A stretch of DNA of 64,000 nucleotides, from NCBI GenBank assembly GCA_963701855.1, contig CAVPBK010000004.1, positions 160,001 through 224,000 of the forward strand, read 5' to 3'. Positions 40,744 through 50,262 of this stretch are shown one piece after another (the stretch's first letter is position 1; every line of letters begins with the position of its first letter). The stretch is from Nitrospirota bacterium. GTDB lineage: Bacteria > Nitrospirota > Nitrospiria > Nitrospirales > Nitrospiraceae. The notes beneath the pieces were generated by a model. It had not been told where the DNA came from. It worked only from the letters and a program-made list of their open reading frames with translations, and searched no databases. The translations under genes were made by a program, and so were the position numbers.

Positions 40744-42195
40744 GTGAAACGTGAAACGTTAGACGTGAAAAGTTTCAAAGGGAATTGCTGCGCTGCCACA
40801 GCACACCTACAAGTGCTCCTGCTGCTCACACTTGTCTCAACTCTCGTAAGCCCGCTCCTTGCAAACGCAGGTGCGCCAACGGCACAGGCCGGCTCAGCTC
40901 TCGAACGTGAGGCCGCGAACGCCTTCAACCGTGCCGAATACGACCAAGTGTTAAAGCTCTGGTACTCGCTTCCACCCGAGACCACGGCATCGAAGCCGCT
41001 CATTCAACTCGCCTTCCAGAGCGCCCTCAAGCTAGGGCGGCCGGAAGAAGCCCTCACGCTCTATCAACGGCTAGTCCCTGCAGATCGGCCGGATGATCCA
41101 GCCCTCTTACGCTCATTGGCACTTAGCTTTCTGACCAGCCATGTCCGCGACTCACAAGAACATGTGCGGATCGCGGCCTATACGATGCTGGCTGAACTCG
41201 GCCTCGCAGAAACACAGGCCGTCCTGGAAGACGGGTTGCTCGATACATCGGTCCTGGTGCGGGCTCGTGCCGCGGACGCCATCGGGAAAGCCGGACTCGC
41301 AGGGAGGTCCGGCCCCTTGCGACGAGCCCTCAACGACGCGATGCCGGCCGTACGAATTGCCGCAATGAACGCGCTCAGTGGGGCCAACGTCACTGACATC
41401 AAGCCCTATCTCACCGAGGTCGCAAGAACGGACGACGGACCGGAAGCCGTGTTCGCCTGTGCAGCACTGTACAGGCTCGGCAGGCAGGACATGCTGACCG
41501 ACATCACCGGAGCAGCGACGCTGCCGGACCCCGATGTCCGCATGGCAGCCCTGGGGGTATTGGGGCGGCTGAAGCGCCCATCGAGTCTATCGGTCCTGAG
41601 CCAAGCCGTGTACGACCCGGAGCCGTCTGTTCGCGCATTTGCCGCCGGCGCATTGGGAGACTATGGACAAGCCGGTGGCGTCGCGCCTCTCACCCATGCC
41701 CTGGGGGACGAAAGTGCGCGCGTGCGCGCGGTGGCAGCCATAAGTCTTGGGCGGCTAGGAATTCGCGAAAACCATCCGTTACTGCAAGCGCTCACACGCG
41801 ATGCCAATATGCAGGTACGGACCAGCGCAGTGGAAGGATTGCTTCGACTGGGCGACATATCGGCTATCTCACTTGCCACGGACTTGGCGAGACACCCGGA
41901 TCCATCTATACGCGCCGCTGTAGCCCATGCATTAGCCGCGACGTCCGACAAGCAAGCGGTGGCAATTTTACAGACGCTCCTGCAAGACCAGCAACCACAA
42001 CCACGTCTCTTCGCGACGAAAGCTCTAGGCACGAGCGACGCACCGGTGACGCCGTTGCTCAAAAAATGCCTGCAAGACTCAGATGTCGCCATTCGCCTTG
42101 CTGCGGCAGGAAGTCTGCTCCAACAGCTCCACCGTTCTGAAACGGTTCCTAGCAGGCTGCGGAAAAATAATGTCGGCATAACAGAACATCGATAA
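40744..42195 (+). CDS. Exported HEAT-repeat protein
   Basis: Hydrophobic leader; repeated D..VR..AA.ALG units; start uncertain; last codons come from MITE C. Confidence 0.85.
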   Translation: MKRETLDVKSFKGNCCAATAHLQVLLLLTLVSTLVSPLLANAGAPTAQAGSALEREAANAFNRAEYDQVLKLWYSLPPETTASKPLIQLAFQSALKLGRPEEALTLYQRLVPADRPDDPALLRSLALSFLTSHVRDSQEHVRIAAYTMLAELGLAETQAVLEDGLLDTSVLVRARAADAIGKAGLAGRSGPLRRALNDAMPAVRIAAMNALSGANVTDIKPYLTEVARTDDGPEAVFACAALYRLGRQDMLTDITGAATLPDPDVRMAALGVLGRLKRPSSLSVLSQAVYDPEPSVRAFAAGALGDYGQAGGVAPLTHALGDESARVRAVAAISLGRLGIRENHPLLQALTRDANMQVRTSAVEGLLRLGDISAISLATDLARHPDPSIRAAVAHALAATSDKQAVAILQTLLQDQQPQPRLFATKALGTSDAPVTPLLKKCLQDSDVAIRLAAAGSLLQQLHRSETVPSRLRKNNVGITEHR

Positions 42196-42352
42196 TCTGT
42201 ACGTCTGGGATAAGAGCGGAGCACTCCCGCAGGATGCTCAAAAAGACCGTCCAGCAAGGCCGCAGCGAGCGAAGGCCCGAGGCGTACCCTTGGGGTACGT
42301 TGAGGGGCTGAACGATGCGAGAACGCCGCTGGCGGTTTTTTTCAGCATCCTG
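42149..42352. mobile_element. MITE-like element C with hairpin module B
   Basis: CTAGCAGGCTGCGGAAAAA, internal GCAGGATGCTCAAAAAG, end TTTTTCAGCATCCTG. Confidence 0.75.
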
Positions 42353-42380
42353 ACATCTCGTTAGTCGAAAGGATTGCATT

Positions 42381-42836
42381 ATGTGGAAATTCGTCGCCAT
42401 TCTTGCCCTAACCGCCGCGTCATTCGGTCTCGGGTTTTACTTCGGCCAACGTCCGGTCGGCACGCTCCAACAGACGGCCTCGGACCTCCAACACTCGCTC
42501 AAAGACACGTCGCGCAACATCATCGACACCACGATGGGAATCGAAAGAGACCTGCGCAGGCGGCAGGGGTTGCTCGACGCCAAGTCAAGGCTAGTACAGG
42601 CGAAATCAGACCTGTTCGATAAAAACTTCGGGGAATCCGCCAACCAATTAGGCGAGGCAGCCGAAAGACTGGACAATGTCACAAAGAACGCGAAGCAAGA
42701 TGAGTCGATCCTCGCCATGCGAGCGCTGACCGGAACGCTTCGGGAAGTGCGGCTGGAGTTGTCGATGGGAAGACCGGTGTCGATTAAGAAGCTCGATGAC
42801 ATTCAGCGGGAAATCGACCTGCAGTTGAACAAGTAA
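42381..42836 (+). CDS. Membrane-anchored helical hypothetical protein
   Basis: N-terminal TM segment then coiled-coil-like sequence. Confidence 0.8.
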   Translation: MWKFVAILALTAASFGLGFYFGQRPVGTLQQTASDLQHSLKDTSRNIIDTTMGIERDLRRRQGLLDAKSRLVQAKSDLFDKNFGESANQLGEAAERLDNVTKNAKQDESILAMRALTGTLREVRLELSMGRPVSIKKLDDIQREIDLQLNK

Positions 42837-42937
42837 CGTAACTACTCAGGTAGGAAGATTCATCTCTGTTTGAACCAAAGGTCGTAGAAACCAACTTTAG
42901 CCTTCAGCCTAGACCCCTGATAGTTACCCAATAACCA

Positions 42938-43756
42938 CTACGTGGTGGCAGGCTGTTTCTTCCACTTGGCAAGAATCCGCTCCACCCGCATCCGTACCAC
43001 CATATCCGGATCTTTCATCAAAGGCTTGATCGCTTCTCGGCCTCGGTCATCGCCGATCGCCTCGAGCGCCGCCGCAGACGTCAAGCGGGTAAACCAATCG
43101 CTGTCGGCAAGCATGTCGATCAGAGGGTCGATCGCCTTGGCATCTTTGATTCGCCCCAAGGCCAGCACCGCTTGCTTCCGGACATTTTCGTCTTTGTCTT
43201 TCAGCGCTGTGACCAATCGCGGCAACGCCGGTTCACCCAGCTCGACCAACGCGTTGAGCGCATCGTCTTTGAACTCATCATTTTTCAGCTGAAGCATCAA
43301 CGGATCAAGCACACGCTCGTCGCGAATCTTCCCTAATGCGGCAAGCGCATACTTTCGGACGTCCCAATCGCGGAGCAACTTAATCAGCAATTCAACGGCG
43401 GGAGAACCAATCTGCCCCAACCCCTCGATCGCGACTTCCCGAACTTGCCAGTCACCGTCGCGCAATGCATGACCCAGCGGTTCCACGCAACGCTCATCAC
43501 CCATTTCTCCAAGAGTGATGGCAGCCTCGCGACGGACCACCCAATCAGGATCCTTGAGCAGGTCGATCTGGATCTCGATCTCATCCTTGACCCGCTCTTC
43601 TTCAAGGACGACCTGCTCGGTCGGTTCCGCTGTCATCTCTGCCGATACCTGGGGCTCCCCTGTAAACTCCGCCGCCACCTGATCGGTCAATGCATCGGTC
43701 ACCGTCTCTGAAACGGTGGGAGTCGCACCTTCTTCTGTCGGTCGTGATAGTTCCAT
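42938..43756 (-). CDS. HEAT-repeat (PBS lyase-like) protein
   Basis: Repeated LKDPDWVVRREAAITLG-like units. Confidence 0.9.
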   Translation of the reverse strand: MELSRPTEEGATPTVSETVTDALTDQVAAEFTGEPQVSAEMTAEPTEQVVLEEERVKDEIEIQIDLLKDPDWVVRREAAITLGEMGDERCVEPLGHALRDGDWQVREVAIEGLGQIGSPAVELLIKLLRDWDVRKYALAALGKIRDERVLDPLMLQLKNDEFKDDALNALVELGEPALPRLVTALKDKDENVRKQAVLALGRIKDAKAIDPLIDMLADSDWFTRLTSAAALEAIGDDRGREAIKPLMKDPDMVVRMRVERILAKWKKQPATT

Positions 43757-43806
43757 TCGTATTACCTTAACAATTCATTTGCCCGTCGGCTGCCCAGACA
43801 GAACGA

Positions 43807-44016
43807 CTATTTCGCAGCGGGAGCGGCCGTTTTCTTGCTCGCAGAATTTTTCTTACGCAGCGCTACCGTACGCCGTTTCCGTTGTGTCCGTCGCAGCCGT
43901 TTCTTCAGCGAACGAAGGGTCTCATCCACTTTGGCATCCTTGTGGTCGGTCAATTTTGCCGCCACCTTCTTTTTCAGTCTGGTTTCGTCCGATTCACTCG
44001 TCGTTTTCTTTGCCAT
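43807..44016 (-). CDS. Small basic hypothetical protein
   Basis: Lys/Arg-rich 69 aa ORF with GGAGG SD. Confidence 0.7.
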   Translation of the reverse strand: MAKKTTSESDETRLKKKVAAKLTDHKDAKVDETLRSLKKRLRRTQRKRRTVALRKKNSASKKTAAPAAK

Positions 44017-44188
44017 CCGGATTCGGGCCTCCCTGTGTTCCTCATGATCAAGATTGTCTCCCAGCTCCCATAGGAATTTTGCAGTCTAGTAGAGAGATTC
44101 ACACCCTGTCAACCGGGGCTTGTACAACGAGGAGACCCCCTTCGCCACTCCATACTTTACATGCCGATATGCCCCACCCCTTTGCGAA

Positions 44189-44218
44189 TTGACACCCTCG
44201 TCCCCTCGTCTCTAGAAT
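44189..44218 (+). promoter_or_regulatory. Sigma70-type promoter directly before hemE (leaderless arrangement)
   Basis: TTGACA-18 nt-TAGAAT, ATG 6 nt after -10 box, no SD. Confidence 0.7.
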
Positions 44219-44224
44219 GCCGAA

Positions 44225-45253
44225 ATGATCAACGAGCGCTTCCTCAAAGCCTGCCGGCGTGAGCCGGTCGATTGTACGCCAGTCTGGTTCATGCGCCAAG
44301 CAGGTCGGTATATGGCAGAATATCGTGCCCTCCGCGCGAAGCATTCGATCCTCGATCTATGCAAGACGCCCGAGTTGGCGGCGCAGGTCACGCTCCAGCC
44401 GATCGATCGCTTTCCGCTCGATGCCGCCATCATTTTTGCCGACATCCTGTTGCCGCTTGAACCGATGGGTCTCAGCCTGGAGTTCGCAGCAGGCGAGGGG
44501 CCAGTCATCCACAATCCGGTGCGGGACCAGGCGGCTGTGGAACGGCTCAACGTCATCGACGGCGGCGAACTCGACTATGTGGCCGAGGCCATCCGTCAGG
44601 CTCGTCGTGCCCTGAATGGACGAGTGCCACTGATTGGATTTGCCGGGGCGCCGTTTACACTCGCCAGTTATGCAATCGAGGGCGGAAGCTCGCGAAACTA
44701 TCTCCTCACCAAACAACTGATGTACGGCGAACCGAAGGCCTGGCACCAACTCATGGACAAGTTCGCGCGGGTCATCACGGGCTACTTACGCCGACAAATC
44801 AAAGCCGGCGCGCAGGCGATCCAATTGTTCGACAGTTGGGTGGGCTGCCTCTCGGTCGGCGACTATGTCGAGTACGTGATGCCGCATGTCCAATTGATTT
44901 TCGATGGACTGAAACGGGAAGGTGTGCCGATGATTCATTTCGGCACTGGCACCTCGGCGATGCTGCGTCAGATGCGAGAAGCGGGCGGCGATGTCATTGG
45001 AATCGACTGGCGCATCCATCTCGACGAGGCTTGGGCGGCGGTGGGACATGACGTAGCGGTGCAGGGGAATCTCGACCCCTTAACGTTGTTTGCCCCCTTG
45101 CATGAAATCGAACGGCGCGTGGAAGATATTTTGCGCAGAGCCGGCGGGCGCCCAGGACATATCTTTAACTTGGGCCATGGAATCTTGCCGACAACGCCGA
45201 TCGACCATGTAGCCGCGACCATCGACATGGTGCACAAGTTGAGTCAACGCTAG
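44225..45253 (+). CDS. hemE: Uroporphyrinogen decarboxylase
   Basis: PVWFMRQAGRY, GAPFTLASY, QGNLDP, FNLGHGI. Confidence 0.98.
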   Translation: MINERFLKACRREPVDCTPVWFMRQAGRYMAEYRALRAKHSILDLCKTPELAAQVTLQPIDRFPLDAAIIFADILLPLEPMGLSLEFAAGEGPVIHNPVRDQAAVERLNVIDGGELDYVAEAIRQARRALNGRVPLIGFAGAPFTLASYAIEGGSSRNYLLTKQLMYGEPKAWHQLMDKFARVITGYLRRQIKAGAQAIQLFDSWVGCLSVGDYVEYVMPHVQLIFDGLKREGVPMIHFGTGTSAMLRQMREAGGDVIGIDWRIHLDEAWAAVGHDVAVQGNLDPLTLFAPLHEIERRVEDILRRAGGRPGHIFNLGHGILPTTPIDHVAATIDMVHKLSQR

Positions 45254-45437
45254 GAGCCTGTCCGACATTGCCTTCGTGACGAGGCGAAGGAAGTGCGGCC
45301 AGATGCGAGGCCGCAGGCCTGGAAAAACCGGAGGCGTATTCGCGGAATACGTTGAGGATTTTTCCGGGCCGAGAACGACGCAGATGGTCGCGAATCGTTC
45401 GCCGTAGTAGAAAGGTCAATGTTGAACAGGCTCCTAG
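45250..45437. mobile_element. MITE-like element D with distinct TIRs and hairpin module B
   Basis: CTAGGAGCCTGTCCGACATTG ... CAATGTTGAACAGGCTCCTAG; left TAG is hemE stop. Confidence 0.8.
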
Positions 45438-45510
45438 GAGACGTTATTCGTGAATCGTCATTCGAGCAGACTCCCTGCGTTTAACGATTCACGAATAACG
45501 AGGAGAAGGC

Positions 45511-46461
45511 ATGCCAGTATCGCAACGCCCCATTGCCGTTCTTCTGATGGCCATGGGTGGGCCGGATAGCCTGGAGAATGTGGAGCCGTTTCTCCTGGAT
45601 GTGCGGGGCGGTCGTCCCACACCGCCTGCACTTGTCGAAGAGATTCGGGAACGGTACCGGGCAACGGGCGGGAAGTCTCCAGCGGTCGGAATCACCAAGG
45701 ATGTGGCGAAGAAGCTGGAACAGCGATTGAACGAGCCAGGTGGAGAACGGTATCGTGTCTACGTCGGGTTACGGCATTGGCATCCGTTTATCAAACAAAC
45801 CTATGCCGAATTGCTCGGCGACGATCCTGAACAGGTCATCGGGCTCTGCCTGGCCCCCCAACAGTCCTCTCTGAGCACCGGGGCCTATCGGAAGAAAGTT
45901 GAAGAGGCACGGTCTGCGTTGCAGAGTACCTGCCCTGTCAGTTACGTCGGCAGTTGGCACCGGCATCCCGGACTGATTGCGGCGATTGTCGAGAGTATTC
46001 ACCGGGCGTTACTGACGTTCCCTCCCGACGTGCGAGCGACAGTGCCGGTGCTCTTTACAGCCCACAGCCTGCCGGAGCGTATCATTGCGATGAAGGATCC
46101 CTACCCCGATGAGGTAAGAGGCACGGTTGCGGCGGTAACGGCGCTTCTGGACGGCAGGTCCACGTTTTTTGCTTACCAAAGCCAAGGCCGATCAGGAGAA
46201 ACATGGCTGGGGCCGACCGTGGAATCGGTCGTAGATGAGCTAGCGCGCAACGGACGCCGACAGGTGCTGATCGCGCCGATCGGCTTTCTCTGCGACCATG
46301 TAGAAACGCTCTATGATATCGATATCGAATTGAAACGATTCGCGGCGGGCCGGGGCCTCCAACTCGAACGAATCGCGATGCTGAACGATTCAGCTGCGCT
46401 CATCGACACACTGGCCTCTGTGCTCACCGCACACGAATCCTCCCTCTGTCCTACGTCGTGA
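45511..46461 (+). CDS. hemH: Ferrochelatase (probably coproporphyrin ferrochelatase)
   Basis: LFTAHSLP, YQS..WLGP, GFLCDHVETLYDID. Confidence 0.96.
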   Translation: MPVSQRPIAVLLMAMGGPDSLENVEPFLLDVRGGRPTPPALVEEIRERYRATGGKSPAVGITKDVAKKLEQRLNEPGGERYRVYVGLRHWHPFIKQTYAELLGDDPEQVIGLCLAPQQSSLSTGAYRKKVEEARSALQSTCPVSYVGSWHRHPGLIAAIVESIHRALLTFPPDVRATVPVLFTAHSLPERIIAMKDPYPDEVRGTVAAVTALLDGRSTFFAYQSQGRSGETWLGPTVESVVDELARNGRRQVLIAPIGFLCDHVETLYDIDIELKRFAAGRGLQLERIAMLNDSAALIDTLASVLTAHESSLCPTS

Positions 46462-47906
46462 GCAACCTCCGCACTGTCGCCGTCATCGGTGGAGGGATCT
46501 CAGGTCTCTCGACCGCTTACGCTCTGCACGAACAGGCGGCAGCGGCCGGTATCCCGATCCGCTGTACGGTGGTCGATGCCGCTTCCGACTGGGGAGGCAA
46601 GATCGTCACCCATCGAGTCGGCGACCTTGTGACAGAGGCGGGACCCGATTCCTTTCTGTCTCAGAAACCGGCCGGCCTCGAACTCTGTGCCAAATTGGGG
46701 CTGAGCGATCAGCTCATTAACACAAACGAGACCGGCAAGAGAGCCTCCGTCTTCTCCCGTGGCCGGCTGCACGAACTCCCTGAAGGATTGGTGATGATTG
46801 CCCCCGGCCAGCTGGGGCCCTTTCTCCGAAGCGGTCTCATGAGTTGGGCGGGACTCGCACGGATGGGACTGGATCTGGCCGTGCCAGTGAAGCGGTCGCC
46901 GGAAGATGAGTCCTTGGCCAACTTCTTCCGACGGCGGGTTGGCCGGCAAGCATTCGAGCGGATGATCGAACCATTGATGGCCGGTATCTATGCGGGAGAC
47001 GCGGAGCAGATGAGCGTGCAGGCGACCTTCCCACGGTTTGTCGAATTGGAACAGCAGTACGGGAGTGTGATTCGCGGGATGATGGCATCCCGGAAGGCCG
47101 ATCCACCCGCCACACACTCCGGTCCAAAACGCACGATGTTCGTCAGTCTCAAGAATGGATTGTCGGATCTGGTCGCCGCCCTCGTCCATCGATTGACAGA
47201 CCAAGGTACCGTGCTCAAGAGAGGCTGTGCCGTCGATGCCCTGCGTGTGCGGTCCCATCAGCTCGGTCGTTGGATGTACGATGTCATTCTCAATGACGGC
47301 TCGGCCTTGTCCGCAGACAGCCTCGTGTTGGCCACCCCGGCCTATGTATCGGCAGAACTGGTTCGCCCGCTCACGCCCATTGCCGGCGGGTTGTTGGAGA
47401 TGATCCCCTATGCCTCTACGGCAACGATCGCAATGGCCTATCCGCGTACGGCAGTGTCCGGTGTGGCTGAGGGTTTCGGATTTGTCGTCCCGAGGGCAGA
47501 AGGGCGCGACCTCATTGCGGCAACGTGGACATCCCTCAAGTGGCCACACCGCGCTCCGCCGGATCAATTGCTGGTTCGTTGTTACGTCGGCGGAGTCGGG
47601 CGAGAGGCTATTTTAACGTTGGATAACCAGGCCTTGGAGGCGCGGATCAGAACAGAATTGGCCAGTATGTGTGGCGTAACTGCGAAACCGGGGTTTGTGG
47701 AAGTGAATCGCTGGATGAGGGCCATGCCGCAATATACACTGGGGCATCTCGAACGGCTGAGCCAGATTGAGGCGGCGCTCAGCCGCTATGGGGGACTGAT
47801 CCTCACTGGCGCTGGCTATCGGGGCGTCGGGATTCCAGACTGTATCCGTGACGGGGCAGTTGCGGCCGAGCGGGTCGTGCGCTATCTGTCGGGAGAACGA
47901 TCCTAG
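46458..47906 (+). CDS. hemG: Protoporphyrinogen/coproporphyrinogen oxidase, HemY family
   Basis: GGGISGL FAD motif, EAGPDSF, GIYAGD, MPQY, GVGIPDC. Confidence 0.95.
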   Translation: MSNLRTVAVIGGGISGLSTAYALHEQAAAAGIPIRCTVVDAASDWGGKIVTHRVGDLVTEAGPDSFLSQKPAGLELCAKLGLSDQLINTNETGKRASVFSRGRLHELPEGLVMIAPGQLGPFLRSGLMSWAGLARMGLDLAVPVKRSPEDESLANFFRRRVGRQAFERMIEPLMAGIYAGDAEQMSVQATFPRFVELEQQYGSVIRGMMASRKADPPATHSGPKRTMFVSLKNGLSDLVAALVHRLTDQGTVLKRGCAVDALRVRSHQLGRWMYDVILNDGSALSADSLVLATPAYVSAELVRPLTPIAGGLLEMIPYASTATIAMAYPRTAVSGVAEGFGFVVPRAEGRDLIAATWTSLKWPHRAPPDQLLVRCYVGGVGREAILTLDNQALEARIRTELASMCGVTAKPGFVEVNRWMRAMPQYTLGHLERLSQIEAALSRYGGLILTGAGYRGVGIPDCIRDGAVAAERVVRYLSGERS

Positions 47907-48114
47907 CAGGGTGCTGAAAAATCCGCCAACAGAAGAAGACCGTTATTTGGTTTATTTGGTTTGTCTCGTTTGTTTGGTTAAACCAGACAGACCAGATGAA
48001 CCAAATAAACAAAACAAACCAGTTTGAGCGTCCTGCAGCTATCTTGAGATGGTATCGCTATGCAAGACTCAAACGGTGTTTGCCTATAAACTGAGTTTTT
48101 CTGCAGCCTGCTGG
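47903..48114. mobile_element. MITE-like element E containing inverted 9-mer tandem repeats
   Basis: CTAGCAGGGTGCTGAAAAA ... TTTTTCTGCAGCCTGCTGG; (TTTATTTGG)n/(CCAAATAAA)n at ~47942-48022; left TAG is hemG stop. Confidence 0.7.
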
Positions 48115-48122
48115 AGATTGTC

Positions 48123-48530
48123 ATGGATATTCGAATGAAAATAATTGATGTGGTCGGCCCCTTCCGCGAACCTCGCGAACAGGTGTTTTCCTATGACTAT
48201 TCGATCCAACGGGCCTCCTGGCCGACCGCCCAAGCTGTACGCGTGAAGGTGGCCATTCCAGAGGAGTTGGATGTGGTCCGGAGCAAGATTTTAGGGGATG
48301 TCGTCGGAACATCAGGCCAGCAACTCATGATTTCAAAGTTCTTGTCGCGGCATATCGCGGACGAAAAATTTCGCATCGCCGAAGCCGACGGCATGTTGAG
48401 TGAGCGCCGCGACATAGTCGTGGTTCCCTTCACAGGCCCTATGGTTCATTTGTTCGCACGACTAGACGCCTGGGCAGCTGAACAAGAAAAGACGTTGCGG
48501 GCAGAAATCAAAACGTTGGTTGGATTGTAG
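48123..48530 (+). CDS. Hypothetical protein
   Basis: 135 aa ORF with GGAG SD; 3' end duplicated at 49431-49503. Confidence 0.8.
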   Translation: MDIRMKIIDVVGPFREPREQVFSYDYSIQRASWPTAQAVRVKVAIPEELDVVRSKILGDVVGTSGQQLMISKFLSRHIADEKFRIAEADGMLSERRDIVVVPFTGPMVHLFARLDAWAAEQEKTLRAEIKTLVGL

Positions 48531-48734
48531 CTGCAACCGCCCCTTCTGGGTAGGCTGAGGCTAAGGTCGAGGTTGAGTATGAAACCAGGTGGCGAATCGA
48601 GCCAGAATCCCCTGCTAGACAGGCGAACGGGACAGTCTTAATCCAGGTGTCTGTTATTCCGGGGCCACCTCAATCAACGAGGAGCAATCGGTTTGGTCAA
48701 GGGGAAAACTACTGGCAAGTCTAGCCCAAAGCCC

Positions 48735-49100
48735 CTACCGGACCTGCGGACGGGACGCCTTCGTGTCGGTTATCTCAATGTCAGACTCGGTGACCGTGAT
48801 CTCATCCTGGAAGTCCACTCCATTCGTGACGTATCCCGTTTCTTTCCGGAGTGTCTTTCCAGACTGAAACTCGACCTCAATGGTGTAACCGCTATCGCCC
48901 GTCACCTTGTAAAAACCCGCTGCGCTTGTGTTGGGCTGAATGTCTTTCAGCTTGATCGTCTGACCACAGATTGCCACCGACGCACGGGCGATTGGTTCCT
49001 TGGTCTTGTTGACAAGAGAGAAGCTTCCCTTGCCATTTGCGCAGGAAATCAGGAACAGCGCGACCAGTGTGGCAGCAACGCCGAGTACGAGATGCCGCAT
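48735..49100 (-). CDS. Putative lipoprotein
   Basis: Hydrophobic leader with LISC lipobox, beta-rich mature part; TTG start with GGAG SD. Confidence 0.7.
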   Translation of the reverse strand: MRHLVLGVAATLVALFLISCANGKGSFSLVNKTKEPIARASVAICGQTIKLKDIQPNTSAAGFYKVTGDSGYTIEVEFQSGKTLRKETGYVTNGVDFQDEITVTESDIEITDTKASRPQVR

Positions 49101-49430
49101 TTCAACGTCTCCCAGATATTGATATGGTGAGGCACTAAAGCCAAACAGAACAACTTTTCAGTGGTCGGACCAATATTTCCCCAAGTGAACTAAATAAAAC
49201 AACAACTGGGTGAGTGGATCAGGGTCAGGACTTGCAATCGCAACTGTATCCCTAACTTTGATGCTGCAGGGCAGCCTAAAGGTAGATTCTACAGACTTCC
49301 GCACTGGAGGCAACGAGAATGCCTCATCGATCATCCAGAGCGCAGGAGTAGAAGATATAACCTGCCGAACTGATCACCGGGCTTTACTCGAAACGGCCAA
49401 CCGAGTGATTGAACGACCTCGCCTCGATCA

Positions 49431-49503
49431 ACGCCTCGATACCTGGGCAAATGTGCCGCGGGAATCGTTGCGAGTAGAAATCAAAACGTTGGTTGGATTA
49501 TAG
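49431..49503 (+). pseudogene. Displaced duplicate of the 3' end of gene 48123-48530
   Basis: Encodes RLDTWANVPRESLRVEIKTLVGL* vs RLDAWAAEQEKTLRAEIKTLVGL*. Confidence 0.75.
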
Positions 49504-49516
49504 CCTGTCGGCTGTT

Positions 49517-49645
49517 GCAGGCTGCTCAAAAAGGCAGCCAACGAAGCCGCAGGTGAGAGAAAACCGGAGGCGTACCCTCTGGGGTACGTTGAGGATTTTG
49601 TCGAACCGAGAACGAAGTTGGGGGCCTTTTTCAGCAGCCTGCTAG
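49517..49645. mobile_element. MITE-like element F with hairpin module B
   Basis: GCAGGCTGCTCAAAAAGG ... CCTTTTTCAGCAGCCTGCTAG; CTAG is stop of gene 49642-50262. Confidence 0.8.
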
Positions 49646-50262
49646 AAGATTTTTCGATACTGGCGTGAGTGCACCCCCGACTCGTCGGCAAAGCCGAGGG
49701 AGGCACTGTCTGGGTTGCCTGTGTCGTTGAGATCGATTCGATAGTGTCCGCGGATGGCTTCCATCGCCGTTTCAAAGGGAACGGCCTGAGGATAGAGGTT
49801 GCCCGGTGCATGTGCGCCGCGGGTCAGGGTGCGGATCACGTCAGCCTTCGCGTACTGAGCATCGGACACAACGTAGATGTCGGCAACGGCGTGGTCTCCC
49901 AGTTTGTGGCCGGGTGTTGTGGCAGGCAAGAGTTCGGTCAAGGTGCCGGCAAGCCGATCATTTTTAAACCGCTTCAAAAGTCCGGCAATTTGGCTGTCGG
50001 TCGCTTCAGGAGGGACCGTGAGACTGATGGCATTCATTTCCAAAATGGTGGCCTGGACTTTGAAAAGCACAGGCGCCGCTTCGGGATCTTCAATGATCGG
50101 TCCGGTTGGTCCTTCCGTACCAGCGGCTTGCTTGTTCTTCGAGCTGGGCACGATGAGAAACACAAAAAGCCAGAGCCCCAACAGCACGCCGAAAATCACG
50201 ATCAAGGGATGAATTCCAGCGCGCTTGCCTTCTTGGTAGGGATGTTTTGGCTCGTCACTCAT
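49642..50262 (-). CDS. Membrane-anchored hypothetical protein
   Basis: Start MSDEPK coupled to mazG stop; single TM helix. Confidence 0.8.
   Translation of the reverse strand: MSDEPKHPYQEGKRAGIHPLIVIFGVLLGLWLFVFLIVPSSKNKQAAGTEGPTGPIIEDPEAAPVLFKVQATILEMNAISLTVPPEATDSQIAGLLKRFKNDRLAGTLTELLPATTPGHKLGDHAVADIYVVSDAQYAKADVIRTLTRGAHAPGNLYPQAVPFETAMEAIRGHYRIDLNDTGNPDSASLGFADESGVHSRQYRKIF

Noticed and set aside
32910..48114. Repeat-spacer-repeat units as a CRISPR array
   Set aside because: Only two non-identical motifs per locus, dispersed, and no cas genes.
49210..49503. 97 aa ORF as a real gene
   Set aside because: Begins in a repeat-like motif; only the last 23 codons have support, as a duplicated gene end.
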